Of a stretch of DNA of 64,000 nt, positions 21,865-32,998 are shown one piece after another. The DNA is from Schizochytrium sp. TIO01. Lineage: Eukaryota > Protista > Bigyra: Labyrinthulomycetes. A program made the translations under genes and the position numbers. The stretch covers positions 4,226,845 to 4,290,844 of the forward strand of contig SMSO01000014.1 of assembly GCA_004764695.1 (NCBI GenBank), in the 5' to 3' direction. Every line of letters begins with the position of its first letter. Position 1 is the stretch's first letter. The notes beneath the pieces were generated by a model that saw nothing but the letters and a program-made list of their open reading frames with translations, was not told the origin of the DNA and ran no database searches.

Positions 21865-23979
21865 TCACCTGGACGAAATGCGGTTCATGAGTTCTTCGAA
21901 ATTCTCTTGGCGCTTTGCTGGTGTCGTGAAGTCGATCAGCGAGGAATCCCCAAGCTCAAGAAGTAGAGGACCTGTCCATGTATCCGTATCAAGCAGCTCC
22001 TCTTCCAAGACGACGGCAATGAGGTTCTCAGCCCCACGTAGACGGCAAGCTGCAGTAAAGATCTCCTTGCAGACACCTCTACCCTCTTCTTCCATAAGTT
22101 CATCGATGTAATCCTGAGTAACGAATACAAGGACTTTACGCGCTTGTTCGACAGCTTGATCGAGTTGAGTGATATCTGAGACAGGCTCATTGTCAAACCA
22201 TGTCTTTTTGCCCATGGTTGCAAGTCTCGTGTTGACAATGAACACTACTTCATGATTTGCACCATCTGAACCCCACGTGTGAGTTAAAAGAGCATCATAC
22301 TTGAAGCGGTGCTTGTTGCGGCCCAACGTCAATGACAAACGATGAGAAATTTGCTTGGCGATCTTGGGACGTGATCTACCAGGCTTCTTAATTGATTCAC
22401 CCTTGAAACGAAGACGAGCTTTATTGCGAAAGTCCGTTTTATCAAGACCCAGAGCAATGAGCTCCTCATCTGAAAGCGCTTGCGCCTCCTCCAAAGTCAC
22501 CACGCCATAATTATAGAACGCAACCACAATGTTTCGGGCGATGTGCAAATCCGTGATGAGAGCCTCAGCAACATCAGATTTCATCACGAAATCTAAAAAG
22601 TCAACAACATCAGAGCGGCGATTGTTCCTAGCCATTGTGACAGCATCCAAGCCGCTCTTAGATCGCATGTGGGAGGAAGCGCCAGCGGCCCACAGCTTTT
22701 GGATAGCCCGAAGGTGCTCTTGGGAAGTGTGCTTGGAGCCTTCGAGGCTTCCACACGCGTACATTAGCGCAGAATTGCCATCTACATCCTGCGGATTCAC
22801 ACGGGCTCCCTTGTCAATGAGGACTTCGGCCACCTCAGGGTGATGATGACGGAAGGCGAGCATAAGGGCATTCCAGCCATCATCATTTTGCAGATCAATC
22901 TTAGCACCCTTTTCGATGAGCAGAAGGGCCGTCTCGGGCTGCTCGTAGCGGCATGCAAGACACAGCGCTGTGTACCCCTGTTTGCCTTGTAAATCAAGTT
23001 TTGCGCCCTTTTCAATCATAAGCTTTGCCGCAGCCGGCTGCTTGTAGCGACAGGCGTAGATGAGAGCTGTTGTCCCCCCTTCATCCGTTATGTTGAGTTT
23101 TGCACCTTTTTGAATGAGCATCTCTGCAGTTGCAGGGTGGTCGTAGCGGATAGCAAGCATGAGAGCAGTCCAGCCTCCCTGTTTTTGCAGATTAACTTTA
23201 GCGCCCTTTTGCACAAGCAGTGCCGCTGTCTCAGGAGGATCAAGGATCGAGGCAAACATCAGTGCGGTCCAGCCCTCATTGTCCTGAAGGTCAAGCTTGG
23301 CTCCTTTGCGAATAATCATTTGGGCAGTTTCGGGTTGTGCGTAACGGCATGCGTACATGAGCGCGCTCCAGCCCTCTTTATCTTGAGCGTTAAGCTTAGC
23401 TCCCTTTTGAATAAGTAGTTGTGCGGTCTCTGGCTGACTAAAGCGGCAGGCAAACATGAGGGCCGTCCATCCGTCGTTATTGCAGAGATCCCTCTTAGCG
23501 CCCTTTTCGATGAGCAGCTGTGCAGTTGCAGGCTGATTGAAGCGAGATGCAAACATGAGTGCTGTTGATCCTGTTTTGTCTTGATGGTCAAGGTCGGCAC
23601 GGTTCTCGATAAGCAACCGAGCGGTATCAGCCATATCTTGACGGCACGCAAACATGAGCGCGGTCGACCCTTTTTTATCTTGAAAGTTCAAGTGTGCACC
23701 CTTTTCGATAAGAATATCTGCGATAGTGGCCTTCTCGTACCTGCACGCAATCATGAGAGCCGTCCAGCCTTTATCGTTCTGTGCATCAAGCGCTGCCCCT
23801 GCATTGATGAGGAACTCTGCAATGTCTACATGATCTCCAATCTCCGGGTTCAGCGACCACATCAGAGGCGTATGTCCTTTAGGGGTGCATACAACGTCGA
23901 GAAGCCTCTTGTCCTGCTCCACTGCTCTCTGGACGCCTTCGAGGTCGCCATTCTTGATGAGCTCATTCATGTCCGCCAT
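21865..23979 (-). CDS. Ankyrin repeat - SAM-like - TIR domain protein
   Basis: About 13 G(W/S)TALM-type ankyrin repeats; SAM-like FYNYGVVTLEEAQALSDEELIALGLDKTDFRNK; TIR_2-like YDALLTHTWG...NH...KTWFD...VLVFVTQDY...CKEIF. First ATG 23979. Confidence 0.85.
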   Translation of the reverse strand: MADMNELIKNGDLEGVQRAVEQDKRLLDVVCTPKGHTPLMWSLNPEIGDHVDIAEFLINAGAALDAQNDKGWTALMIACRYEKATIADILIEKGAHLNFQDKKGSTALMFACRQDMADTARLLIENRADLDHQDKTGSTALMFASRFNQPATAQLLIEKGAKRDLCNNDGWTALMFACRFSQPETAQLLIQKGAKLNAQDKEGWSALMYACRYAQPETAQMIIRKGAKLDLQDNEGWTALMFASILDPPETAALLVQKGAKVNLQKQGGWTALMLAIRYDHPATAEMLIQKGAKLNITDEGGTTALIYACRYKQPAAAKLMIEKGAKLDLQGKQGYTALCLACRYEQPETALLLIEKGAKIDLQNDDGWNALMLAFRHHHPEVAEVLIDKGARVNPQDVDGNSALMYACGSLEGSKHTSQEHLRAIQKLWAAGASSHMRSKSGLDAVTMARNNRRSDVVDFLDFVMKSDVAEALITDLHIARNIVVAFYNYGVVTLEEAQALSDEELIALGLDKTDFRNKARLRFKGESIKKPGRSRPKIAKQISHRLSLTLGRNKHRFKYDALLTHTWGSDGANHEVVFIVNTRLATMGKKTWFDNEPVSDITQLDQAVEQARKVLVFVTQDYIDELMEEEGRGVCKEIFTAACRLRGAENLIAVVLEEELLDTDTWTGPLLLELGDSSLIDFTTPAKRQENFEELMNRISSR

Positions 23980-26900
23980 TGTCCCTTCCCTACACACCAA
24001 TCGCCTCCTCTTCAGTGTCCAGCGAGCCCAAGTCTGACGCCGCTAGCACCAACAATTCCCAGCACCACCTCGACCAGACCAGCCCTGCGCAGACCCCTGC
24101 GCAGACCCCTGCGCGAGCCAAGGTTGTAGCTTTGCTCACCTGATTCATGTCTTCTTCTGCAAACCGCGAGAACCGAAAGAAAGCAAGCCAGCTTTTTCAC
24201 GTGCTGCTTCTTCGACATTGTAGTTCCAACTCCAACACAATTGAATTCCCTAAATGATCACCGTTGACACTTCGCAATCATCCCATAAGTCAGCATCCCA
24301 CGAAAGCAAACAAACAACCTCTGTGAGGGGAATACAAGCGCGATGGTCACAACCTTGGTCCATTCGGCGCGATGACCGACACGATTATAAAGCTTCGAGC
24401 TTCGAATAAACTTCGAGATGGTCGCGACCCATTGAAGTTCTTCATCAAAGTAAAATTTACTAAGGTAACTCAATTCAATTTATTTTTATTTTTTATTTTT
24501 TATTTTGTTTGTTTGCTTCAAAAGTTTTCAGTTTTCATTGAGGAACTTCAAGTTCTACGAGCTTTAGAACTTATTACCATCAAGATAGCGAGGTATCAAG
24601 TGAAAGGTGAGAGGGAAGAGACACGCGCACGCTTTCAGAGGGGACCTCTTTGGCTTGTGCACAGCTTAGGAGGTAAAAGTTATGTGCAGGTAAGCAAGTG
24701 CTAATGCGAGGGTGAGCTCACTGGATTAGCTGTGGGCTCAGTGCCATTAAGAGTGAATGTGGGAATATTTTTGCTTCAAATAGAAACAATTACCTCCTAG
24801 CAACACTGAAGGAAAGCCATCACAAAGGTTTCAGTCACGATGAGATGTGTGATAGGTTTAACAAAATTATTACCTGACAGTATAAAATAATTTGTGACGA
24901 GAGAACAGTGCAGAGGAGGCAAGAGGGAAGGACAATGATGTACTTTTGCTTTATTGTTCTTTTAAAGTGTATTTTTCCTTTTCTTTTCAAAGTCACGGTT
25001 GATATAAGAACGATAAACACTAAATTGAAATGAAAAGTTTCTAGATGGCAAAGTGTTATTAAATTGAGTTGGTCGTTGATTTGGCTGTTTGCCACTGTTT
25101 TAGGGGAAAGGCTGCGTGGCAGGTGCACATGTCTGTCGTTAAGGCCGTAAACGAGCTTTACATAGTTGCATTCATGATCCTAAAATCGAAATCTTCAACC
25201 AACCATTGGTTTACCTTTCTTCAAATCGCTGATCTCCAAGACGGTCCCACGCTCACCTTTCACGAGAGATTGATTAAGTCTTTATTAAAACTCTTTGCAT
25301 TTACCTCTCTTTCTTACAATGTTAAAAGAGCGCACGCACACACGTGCGAGGGAGCTTTGCAATTGTGATGATGTGGAAACCAACCAGGCAGTAAGGTTTC
25401 CCTCTGCGAAGCTTCTTCGAGTCACAGCGGCAGCCCCGCCTTCCTTGAAGGCCTCACGGAAGGTCCTCGAGCCGATCACTGCTGGCGTCCGGCCAATCTT
25501 GCCTCAAGCACCATCGAGGCACTCGCCATCGCTCGATTCGAGTGCCTCTCTGCACGCGCCAGGCCGTTAAAAAAAAAAAATAATGAAAAAATAAAATAAA
25601 AAAGAGGACTCGCTAGGAGGTGGGTAGTAGTTGGTAATAGCACTCAAACAAACTAACTTTGCGATGGATGACATGACATCATCCGAGTAGGAATAAATAA
25701 CTTCTGAATTGGCATCGTTGACTGACTTCGAAGCAATGCTCAGGTCTGTGCAGGTGCACCTCGAACCTGATCATGAACTTTCAACTCCGGTGAAAACTAC
25801 CGAGCCATGCATCTATCCATCTACCACGCTCACTCGTCAACACTGGTTTCGCTTCTGTCGAGCGTTTATAAATATTGATGGTAACCCTGCAAACAGTGAA
25901 GCAGCACAGCTCTCGAGGATGTCCAACTTTCCGGTTTGGTTCGGAACTTTGCGTGAGCACACGCCATTGAGAAGAAGGAGATGGAGAAGATGGAGAAGAA
26001 GTTGTAGCAGTAAAGAGAAATCCTTGCAGCGCGAAAGTATGACAGCGAGAAGAGCTCCCTACTGCTATTTATTTGTCATGTCATGTTGAAGTTGAAGTGT
26101 CTACTGACGTTGCTGCAAACTGGAAAGTGGCAAGAATAACTCTGCGAGGGCTTTTAGGCTGCTACAACTTGCACGCTCGCTCACACAGCGCCAGCTCCCG
26201 AGTGCCGGCTCGAATACACGTAGAAATCGATCCCGCCCACGGCAGCACAGCACACGGGTTGGAGTTATGCATCAACCGTAGAGTAGCCATCGATGACAAT
26301 GGCTGGGCACAGATGTTGCTGCTACTGGCGAAGTTGAAGATGCTGGGATAAGATCGAGTTGATCGTCCGTTTTGACCTTTTAGTCCAAGCTAAGGTGGGA
26401 TAGTAGCACTTTACATGAACAAGACTGTTTCAAATAACCTGAACAGCCACCGGTCGAAGCCATACTGGCACAGGTGCAAGACTCCACGCTGGCAGTGACT
26501 TCTTTGCTTGATAAGCGATTGAAAATTAAAAGAGTTAACAGAGTGGACGGTGCAGCCGACAATTTGGGATTGAGCTACTTTGTTGTCTTGATCATGGAAT
26601 ACCGCTTAGAGTAATTCATAGTAGATGCTATGTGGTCTCCCCGGGCCCACCTTGTGTGATATTCAACCAGCTTCTTATTTTCTGTGGTGTTGCGAATATA
26701 CAAGCTACAATGCACACACATACTTTCACACGCTCTAAAAGCCGTATATACCATCGTTATGGAAGGTAGTTTAGTAGTCGGAGTGGCGTTTATCACGTGT
26801 CGAAGGCGGATGATTGAAAATATTATAGAGGAAGGTGTGCACTGAAGGTGTTTGTCCTTTTGGAATTATAAGAGAACAATGTGAACTCTTCTCAGTTGTA

Positions 26901-27890
26901 GGAGACTGAACAGTCTCAAGAAAAATAAAGAAGGAAAAAATACGTCACATGGCATAAAGTTGAAATTTTTTAATTCCATAGGATCCTTCAGTATATTTCG
27001 CATTTTTTGGTCAGCTAAATTGAATCGTGCAACTATCTTCATTCAGCCTCTGCATTCAGACAAGAACTACGATCTGCGTTTGCGTGATCTCACAGAAGAT
27101 CTAGCTCCCACCCTACTTTTCGAAGGCCACGCTATCAACTATTACATACCTGGTGTGTCACCTATCATTTACCACATATGTCACATTTGCCACATTTGTG
27201 TTTAATGGGGGCCTTTCCACACGCGAAGAAAATAATTCTCAAGTTGAGGTGCATTACATTAGTGCAATGTTACTTATTAAGGTTTATGGATTATGGCGGG
27301 AGCATGTATTGGCTTAGCGTGCCAGTAGCAAAGATGAATCGTGCATCAGGAAATCCTGCGACGCAGCAGTGAGTAATATCATAAATTTCAACGCCCTCAG
27401 GAGATTTAGAGGACCTGGATAGGATGAGATAAACGTCAAACATGCTGCATGTTGGATAAGCATCTATAAATTCCACCACGAAAAAAAATGCCAATCTTTC
27501 ACATTTTTAGAAACTATGGGTACCATTTTCTAGGATGATAAACGTTTTTGAAAACCATGTGCTTTGTCTGTCTTCTTGATGAGGACATGATAAACTATAC
27601 TAGATGCAATCTCTCTAAGGACAAATAAAGTAGACTTGTCAGACGGATTAATACCATCATTGCCCGAAATTGCAAAGATCACATCAGTAAATTGCTCAGG
27701 CGGTACCTGTGTTTCATCACCCATGACAAAGGTTCCAAATCTGCTTCAAATATCTCGAAGATTTCTTGAAAGCTTATCACCTCTATCGTTTGAATAGATT
27801 CATCAGAAAATTGTTGAAGGTCCCACAATAAACTTTTTCATAATAGAAGTGTTACGGGGAAATGTTTTCAAAGAAATGGTCATCTTACTA

Positions 27891-28280
27891 TGCTAAAAGA
27901 TGAATCTGGTTAGCTAGAGGTTGGCTATGAAAATGAAGGCTAGAGGCTAGATCAACGCTCTAAAGGGACTTTAAAAGGGATGGCAATCTGTGGGTTATGA
28001 GTTAGAGATCTGTTGTCCCTGGAATCTAATTCCACTGGAGACTGCTTCATGTTGCTTTATGTTGTAATTAGGGGACTAAGATACACTTGCACTGCGTAAG
28101 GCATAATTGATAGGGTTAGGTCAATTTGTCTCTTTAACCCATCCACTCAGGCTCTACCATTGGTTCTGGGAAAAGCTTATGCACAAAGTTGGTTTTTGAC
28201 TTCTAAACCTGGTGGGTTTGTTTGGTTGTCTAGTTCTATTCTAGTGTAAACCTGATTTTTATGGGTTCTTGCAACTAGCG
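27891..28280 (-). mobile_element. Degenerate inverted LTR copy (same family as 28933 and 49411); right boundary uncertain
   Basis: tgctaaaagatgaatctggttagctagaggttggctatgaaaatgaaggc, gtaattaggggactaaga, gatagggttaggt and ttctagtgtaaacc align in order with the reverse complement of the 28933 LTR. Confidence 0.7.
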
Positions 28281-28932
28281 ACCCTTAATCACGAAGCACC
28301 GTAGTGCGTCATGAAAGACAATTTTACTGTGTTGAACTCAACGTGTGAATTGATAGGTTGCATACCCTCGGTCTATACACCATCCTACATAGGCGGGGGG
28401 TCGCCTTGGCAATCTAATCAAGTACGCCAAGTGCCAGGGGACTATTGCACGTAGTATACGTGGAAAACCCTATCTCCAGCAGGTAATTCATGACTGGCTT
28501 GTTCTCAAACATGACCTCCATGTACTTCGCGCCCATAATCAGTGCCATCATAACCTTGTGAGTTTGACATACGAGCCATCCATCGTCTATCTTATGCGTG
28601 TTGGCCTTTATTATGGCACTGTGCAGCACCACCTTGTCATTTACAACAGACTGTTCTCTACTGGCATGACCCAAGTTCACAATCACAGAGAACAGAATCA
28701 GGACTAAGTCGCGGTGCGGGAAACTAGTCTTGTTTAGGCAGGCTTGGAGACGCAAGATCAAGTCACATTTGTCTGCATAACCTTTCGCAGCTTCGCTTCT
28801 CCGTCCTTTTCAAACAGGTAATTCAGGGCGAGGAGCGTGTGTTGGTGCGTGTCCGAGAACCAGGGGGTAAGAAGTTACGTCATGATTTCGACAAGATTGA
28901 ACCATCACTATGGCACAGTCATACACCCCAAC

Positions 28933-29348
28933 TGCTGAGATTCCCAATCGAAGGAACTAGTGGAGAAGACATTGCTAGAGTTCTTGGTGTCCCTTTGTAA
29001 AACCCAATAGAGATAAGGTTTACATTAGAACAAGAATTGGCAGCCAGACTCATGTGGCTGCTGAAGCCAAGAACTAGAAGTGTGAATACACATAACCGAC
29101 ACCCAAGCTTGGTGTAACTTGAATCGATGGTTGGAGAAGGTTGGATAACCTAACCCCATCGACTATCTCTAACCACATTCAAGAATGTCTTAATCTCCCT
29201 AATTACTACATGAATCCATCTGTCCTGGAATTCATTCCCCAGGACAGCAGTTCGCTAACACTTAAATCAACCTTCTTATAACCTTCATCAAGCTTCTTGC
29301 CTTCATCTTTACAGTCAACCTCACGCTAATCAGTATCACCTTTCAGCA
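28933..29348 (+). mobile_element. 5' LTR (416 bp) of a truncated Ty1/copia-type retrotransposon
   Basis: Termini TGCTGA...TCAGCA (TG..CA with a 6-bp inverted repeat), colinear homology to 49411..49834, PBS immediately downstream. Confidence 0.88.
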
Positions 29349-29361
29349 GGTTATGGACCCA
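29349..29361 (+). promoter_or_regulatory. Primer-binding site for a tRNA-iMet half molecule (copia/hemivirus type)
   Basis: GGTTATGGACCCA directly abuts the LTR end, one mismatch from the copia PBS GGTTATGGGCCCA. Confidence 0.8.
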
Positions 29362-29944
29362 AGATTACTTCGAGACTAACCAAGATGAACCAAGACCGCC
29401 CGTACTGATCAGGCCTAAACCATGGCGGCCTCGACCAGTATCTCTACGTCCTCTTAGACCACGTCCTCGTCGACTCCCATCTTCTTCTACATCCAACAAC
29501 CCTGATTAGTTTCCAACTAGGCCAGGAACCTCCTCGGACTCGATGAGAACGGAGAGCCTTCTCACCCAACTAGAACATCAAGGGGCAGACTCTCGTAACC
29601 CGCTTGCCCAAACGGAGTCCAGAACTGTCGACTACCTAGATCCATCGCAAGACACCTCTCAGCCTGGAACTCTCGCCGGCACAGATCCAATTGCACTGCA
29701 TGCACCCGAAAGTTCCAGAAGCGGTGACTCCCTGCAGTCCAATCCAGACTCTATTGGACAGCCGACTGATAGAGAGATGGAGAGCATGTCTCCAGCTGCA
29801 CTGACGCAATGCTATGTGGATATCACCCAGGTCGTTGATCACGATGAGCGGTCTTGAACCCTATTCCCACCTTCAAACATTAAAGAATTGTTCTTGCAAG
29901 CACGGGAGGACCACCTTGCGAGACAACGTGTCACCGAAGATGAC
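29362..29944 (+). pseudogene. Remnant of retrotransposon leader/gag region
   Basis: C-rich, higher-GC stretch after the PBS with broken ORFs (incl. 29543..29857); composition changes abruptly near 29945. No pol motifs seen; right boundary approximate. Confidence 0.5.
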
Positions 29945-32193
29945 ATAAATTCATGTTACTGGACTTTGGAACCCAATGTTATATGGAATGTAGCTATGTT
30001 TGAAGTTCCAATAGACGCAAATTCGGGGGAATCAGAAAACTCAGTGAATATTGGCCGTCGAGCAGAATTCAACAAGACCCTTTTGGCATTCGACATTAAT
30101 AATCCTGGGACTGAAATCCGGTGGCTAGATAGGGTTTACTGTGATCAACACAGTGATACCGGATGGCACCTTAGGCTTATTAAAAATGGAAAAAGATTCG
30201 AAAGTGACTCATCTTTGCATTGCGGATCCAGAAGATGGGAAGTACTGAGAGATGATGATTTTGGAACTAATTGGGCAGATTCTGGTCTTGGTGCAGGTTC
30301 AGGTTTGTGCGCATTTTCTCTCATTGACTCGTCACAGATTCCTTACGATGCCGGATGCATCTCTGCTGTAGGAGAGGAGTCAAATAATACATCTGCTCAA
30401 ATCTGTACCCTTGCTCAGCAAATGGTCTTCAGTGGTCTTAAGCATCGGTGCAAAAGAGATAGTAACCACAATGCTAATCAGATCTACTTTGAAACTACAT
30501 ATGGTAATAACGCAGTTCATGTGGACGAGAAAGGACACTACTATAGACCTGCTGTTATTAGTTACAATCAACTGAGGTTATTTTGTACAGAGACAAGGTG
30601 TTATTGGAAACAAAATAAGTCGAGTCCTACTCAGTTTTTCATTATGCGGAGTCAAGGATTGTCTGATAGTACTGCTTCAATTAAGGATGCTTATTACACA
30701 AATGCGAAACATATGGTTGAAGTCTATGAACTCGAAGCTAGCACAAACGCTTGGAAGAAAAGAGGTTTTCTTGCTTATAAAGACTCACAACTATACATAA
30801 GTTCCAAACAGGAATCAAAGGAAACTGTCGGGTTTGTTATCCACACTGACGGATTAGTTTACTATGAGGCTGGATCCAAAACAAGTGATTTAGTGACCAA
30901 AGAAGGAACAGTCAGCACTACAAAGGTTGAACGAAATGTACTAACAAGAAAAATTTGGTTGAATCGCGATGTCATCAGTGAGAATTCAACAGCAATTATG
31001 AATGGAAATATTCAGCATGTACTTTCCGTTTCCGAGGATGTCTCAATTTACCGTGATACTGAATGGGTTTCTATTCGAACAACTTGTCCTAGCGGCTCAT
31101 TTTTTCATCAAGTCGATTTCTTCACTGATTTCTCTGACATTACATTTCTCTGTCTCCAGAATACAGCTTTGCTACACATCAGGAGAAGATCAAATTGAGA
31201 AAAAGATCACCTATGGAGAGTTTACGTTATGTCCAGATGAGATGGTTGTTGTTGGTATGAATGATACCCACACCACCTGTGACAAATTAGTGAAGAATTA
31301 CACAATACCATCAATTGGCTCAAGAGAGCCTTTGTCGCTCATCGGAGGAGCCATAAACACCCGAGAAGAAGTTACCCTATCAACAGTGCCTCGTGAAGAG
31401 CTATGGATTGGAAGTCCACTCCAAGCTTTGGAGTTCTCAGATGACAAACTCTTCGTTTGGTTCCAAAATAAAAACATACATGTCCAAGATCCAAGTATTG
31501 TACACTAAAACATCATTTTTTAATGGTGCCAAGTTCACAAATATATTATCACCTTTCGAGAAGGTGCTGTGTCAATCAATTGCTCCCGATCCAAATGCTT
31601 TTGTAAATTTTATAAAGTGTGTCAATAAAAAGTGTCAAGAAGGAATAAAAATTAACTGCGACGCAACTCCCAAATGGAGACTCTCTAAAAATGTCACTCC
31701 TATTAAAGTTACATTTAAAACATCAGGACTTTACACTTGCCCTCCTGACTATGTAATTACAGAAATTGAATGTACAAGTACCTCACACGAAGCCGGTGTG
31801 GCAACACCTTGTCAAACAATAGCTCTTACATGTAACAGCATTTTTTATGACGAAACTTTCGAACCTATTTCAAATGGCCCCAAAAGTCACGGCGATGATC
31901 CTTCAGGTGGCAGTAGTACGGGTGGTGGCAGTAGTACGGGTGGCGACAGTAGTAGTAGTTCAAGTAATGCCCCTTTGCAAAACATACTAATATATCTTGC
32001 AATCTCAATATCAGTTTGCATTGGCATGATCGGTTTATCACTCTTCTTCACATGTGTAGCTCCCGTTCAAAAGCAACGAGTGCAGGTAAATGCTTCTACT
32101 TACTTCAAAATGTTCATCTCTGACCCTCACAGTAATCAAATTTCAACAAATCGCCTTCAAAGAAGAAAACAAATGGAATTATATCAGTACTGA
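29945..32193 (+). pseudogene. 5'-truncated, twice frameshifted Cys-rich type I membrane protein
   Basis: Three overlapping ORFs (29888..31198, 31002..31508, 31393..32193) read as one protein with repeated CP motifs (CPSGSFF, CPDEMVVVGM, CPPDYVITEIEC), a G/S linker and TM ILIYLAISISVCIGMIGLSLFF. Confidence 0.6.
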
Positions 32194-32964
32194 ATCTGTG
32201 TTTGCGACGTCGACATCTAGCAAATATAATAGAACATACAAAGACTTGATGTGCCTTTTGTACCTCCAAAAATCTCCATATTTTATTCTCTTTGTAATCT
32301 TTAAGAACGAGTTTTGCTTCGATGTAGCTTGTCTGCGTTCTATTATATCTTCACCTATTCTTCTAATTTCTGGCATTGTTGTGTTGCTTGTGTGAAAAAG
32401 AATGTATGAAACATTCAACATATCTTTAATAAATCGCTTTAGAGGCAAGTCTTGTATGATACCTACTGCGATCCCAAGTGCGTTACAAATAGAAATATGT
32501 ATTGACCTACGTTCTGCATTTCCCATCATGCGATAGAGTCATCGGGTGAGCAGAAGTCTTTTGCATTACTCAATGCAGTGATGACATCAGTGACAGAATG
32601 TCGTGACTCAACATGGAACCAGGCTTTTAAGACAGTGTAAAGCAACTCTATATCTATAGGGTGTTGTACTGATCAGTATAAGACTAAAATCGTCCTCCAA
32701 CTGAAAGGCTTTCTGAACATATGCACAAGCCTTAGTGCAATCACCTTCGTAATCTCTAAGTAAAAAACCTAACAAAATACAGGAGATTATAGTTGATTGC
32801 AGAGTAACACTACCATAGTACCCGCTTAAAAATTTCTCCAGATGATCAATGGCGTCATGAAATCTGTTCTGTTTTAAAAATAAGTAAACAATAGCTTCAA
32901 TGGAACTCGCACGTTGTGCTTTAAAATGCTGAACGCAGTCACGTTCAAATACATTAACTGTCAT
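32179..32964 (-). pseudogene. Fragmented helical (TPR-like) hypothetical gene
   Basis: Two consecutive minus-strand ORFs (32608..32964, 32179..32529) with amphipathic helices such as NRFHDAIDHLEKFL and KACAYVQKAFQL. Confidence 0.4.
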
Positions 32965-32998
32965 TTCATTACTGACTAGTTAGTCGAAAGCGCTCATA

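Noticed and set aside
25700-26600. Possible decayed hAT-like transposase (VIDGYSTVD on the minus strand)
   Set aside because: One short motif among several stops; too weak to call without a profile search.
26900-28930. Short ORFs left of the LTRs as genes of the viral block
   Set aside because: They look like decayed coding DNA, but I could assign no family and no reliable boundaries.
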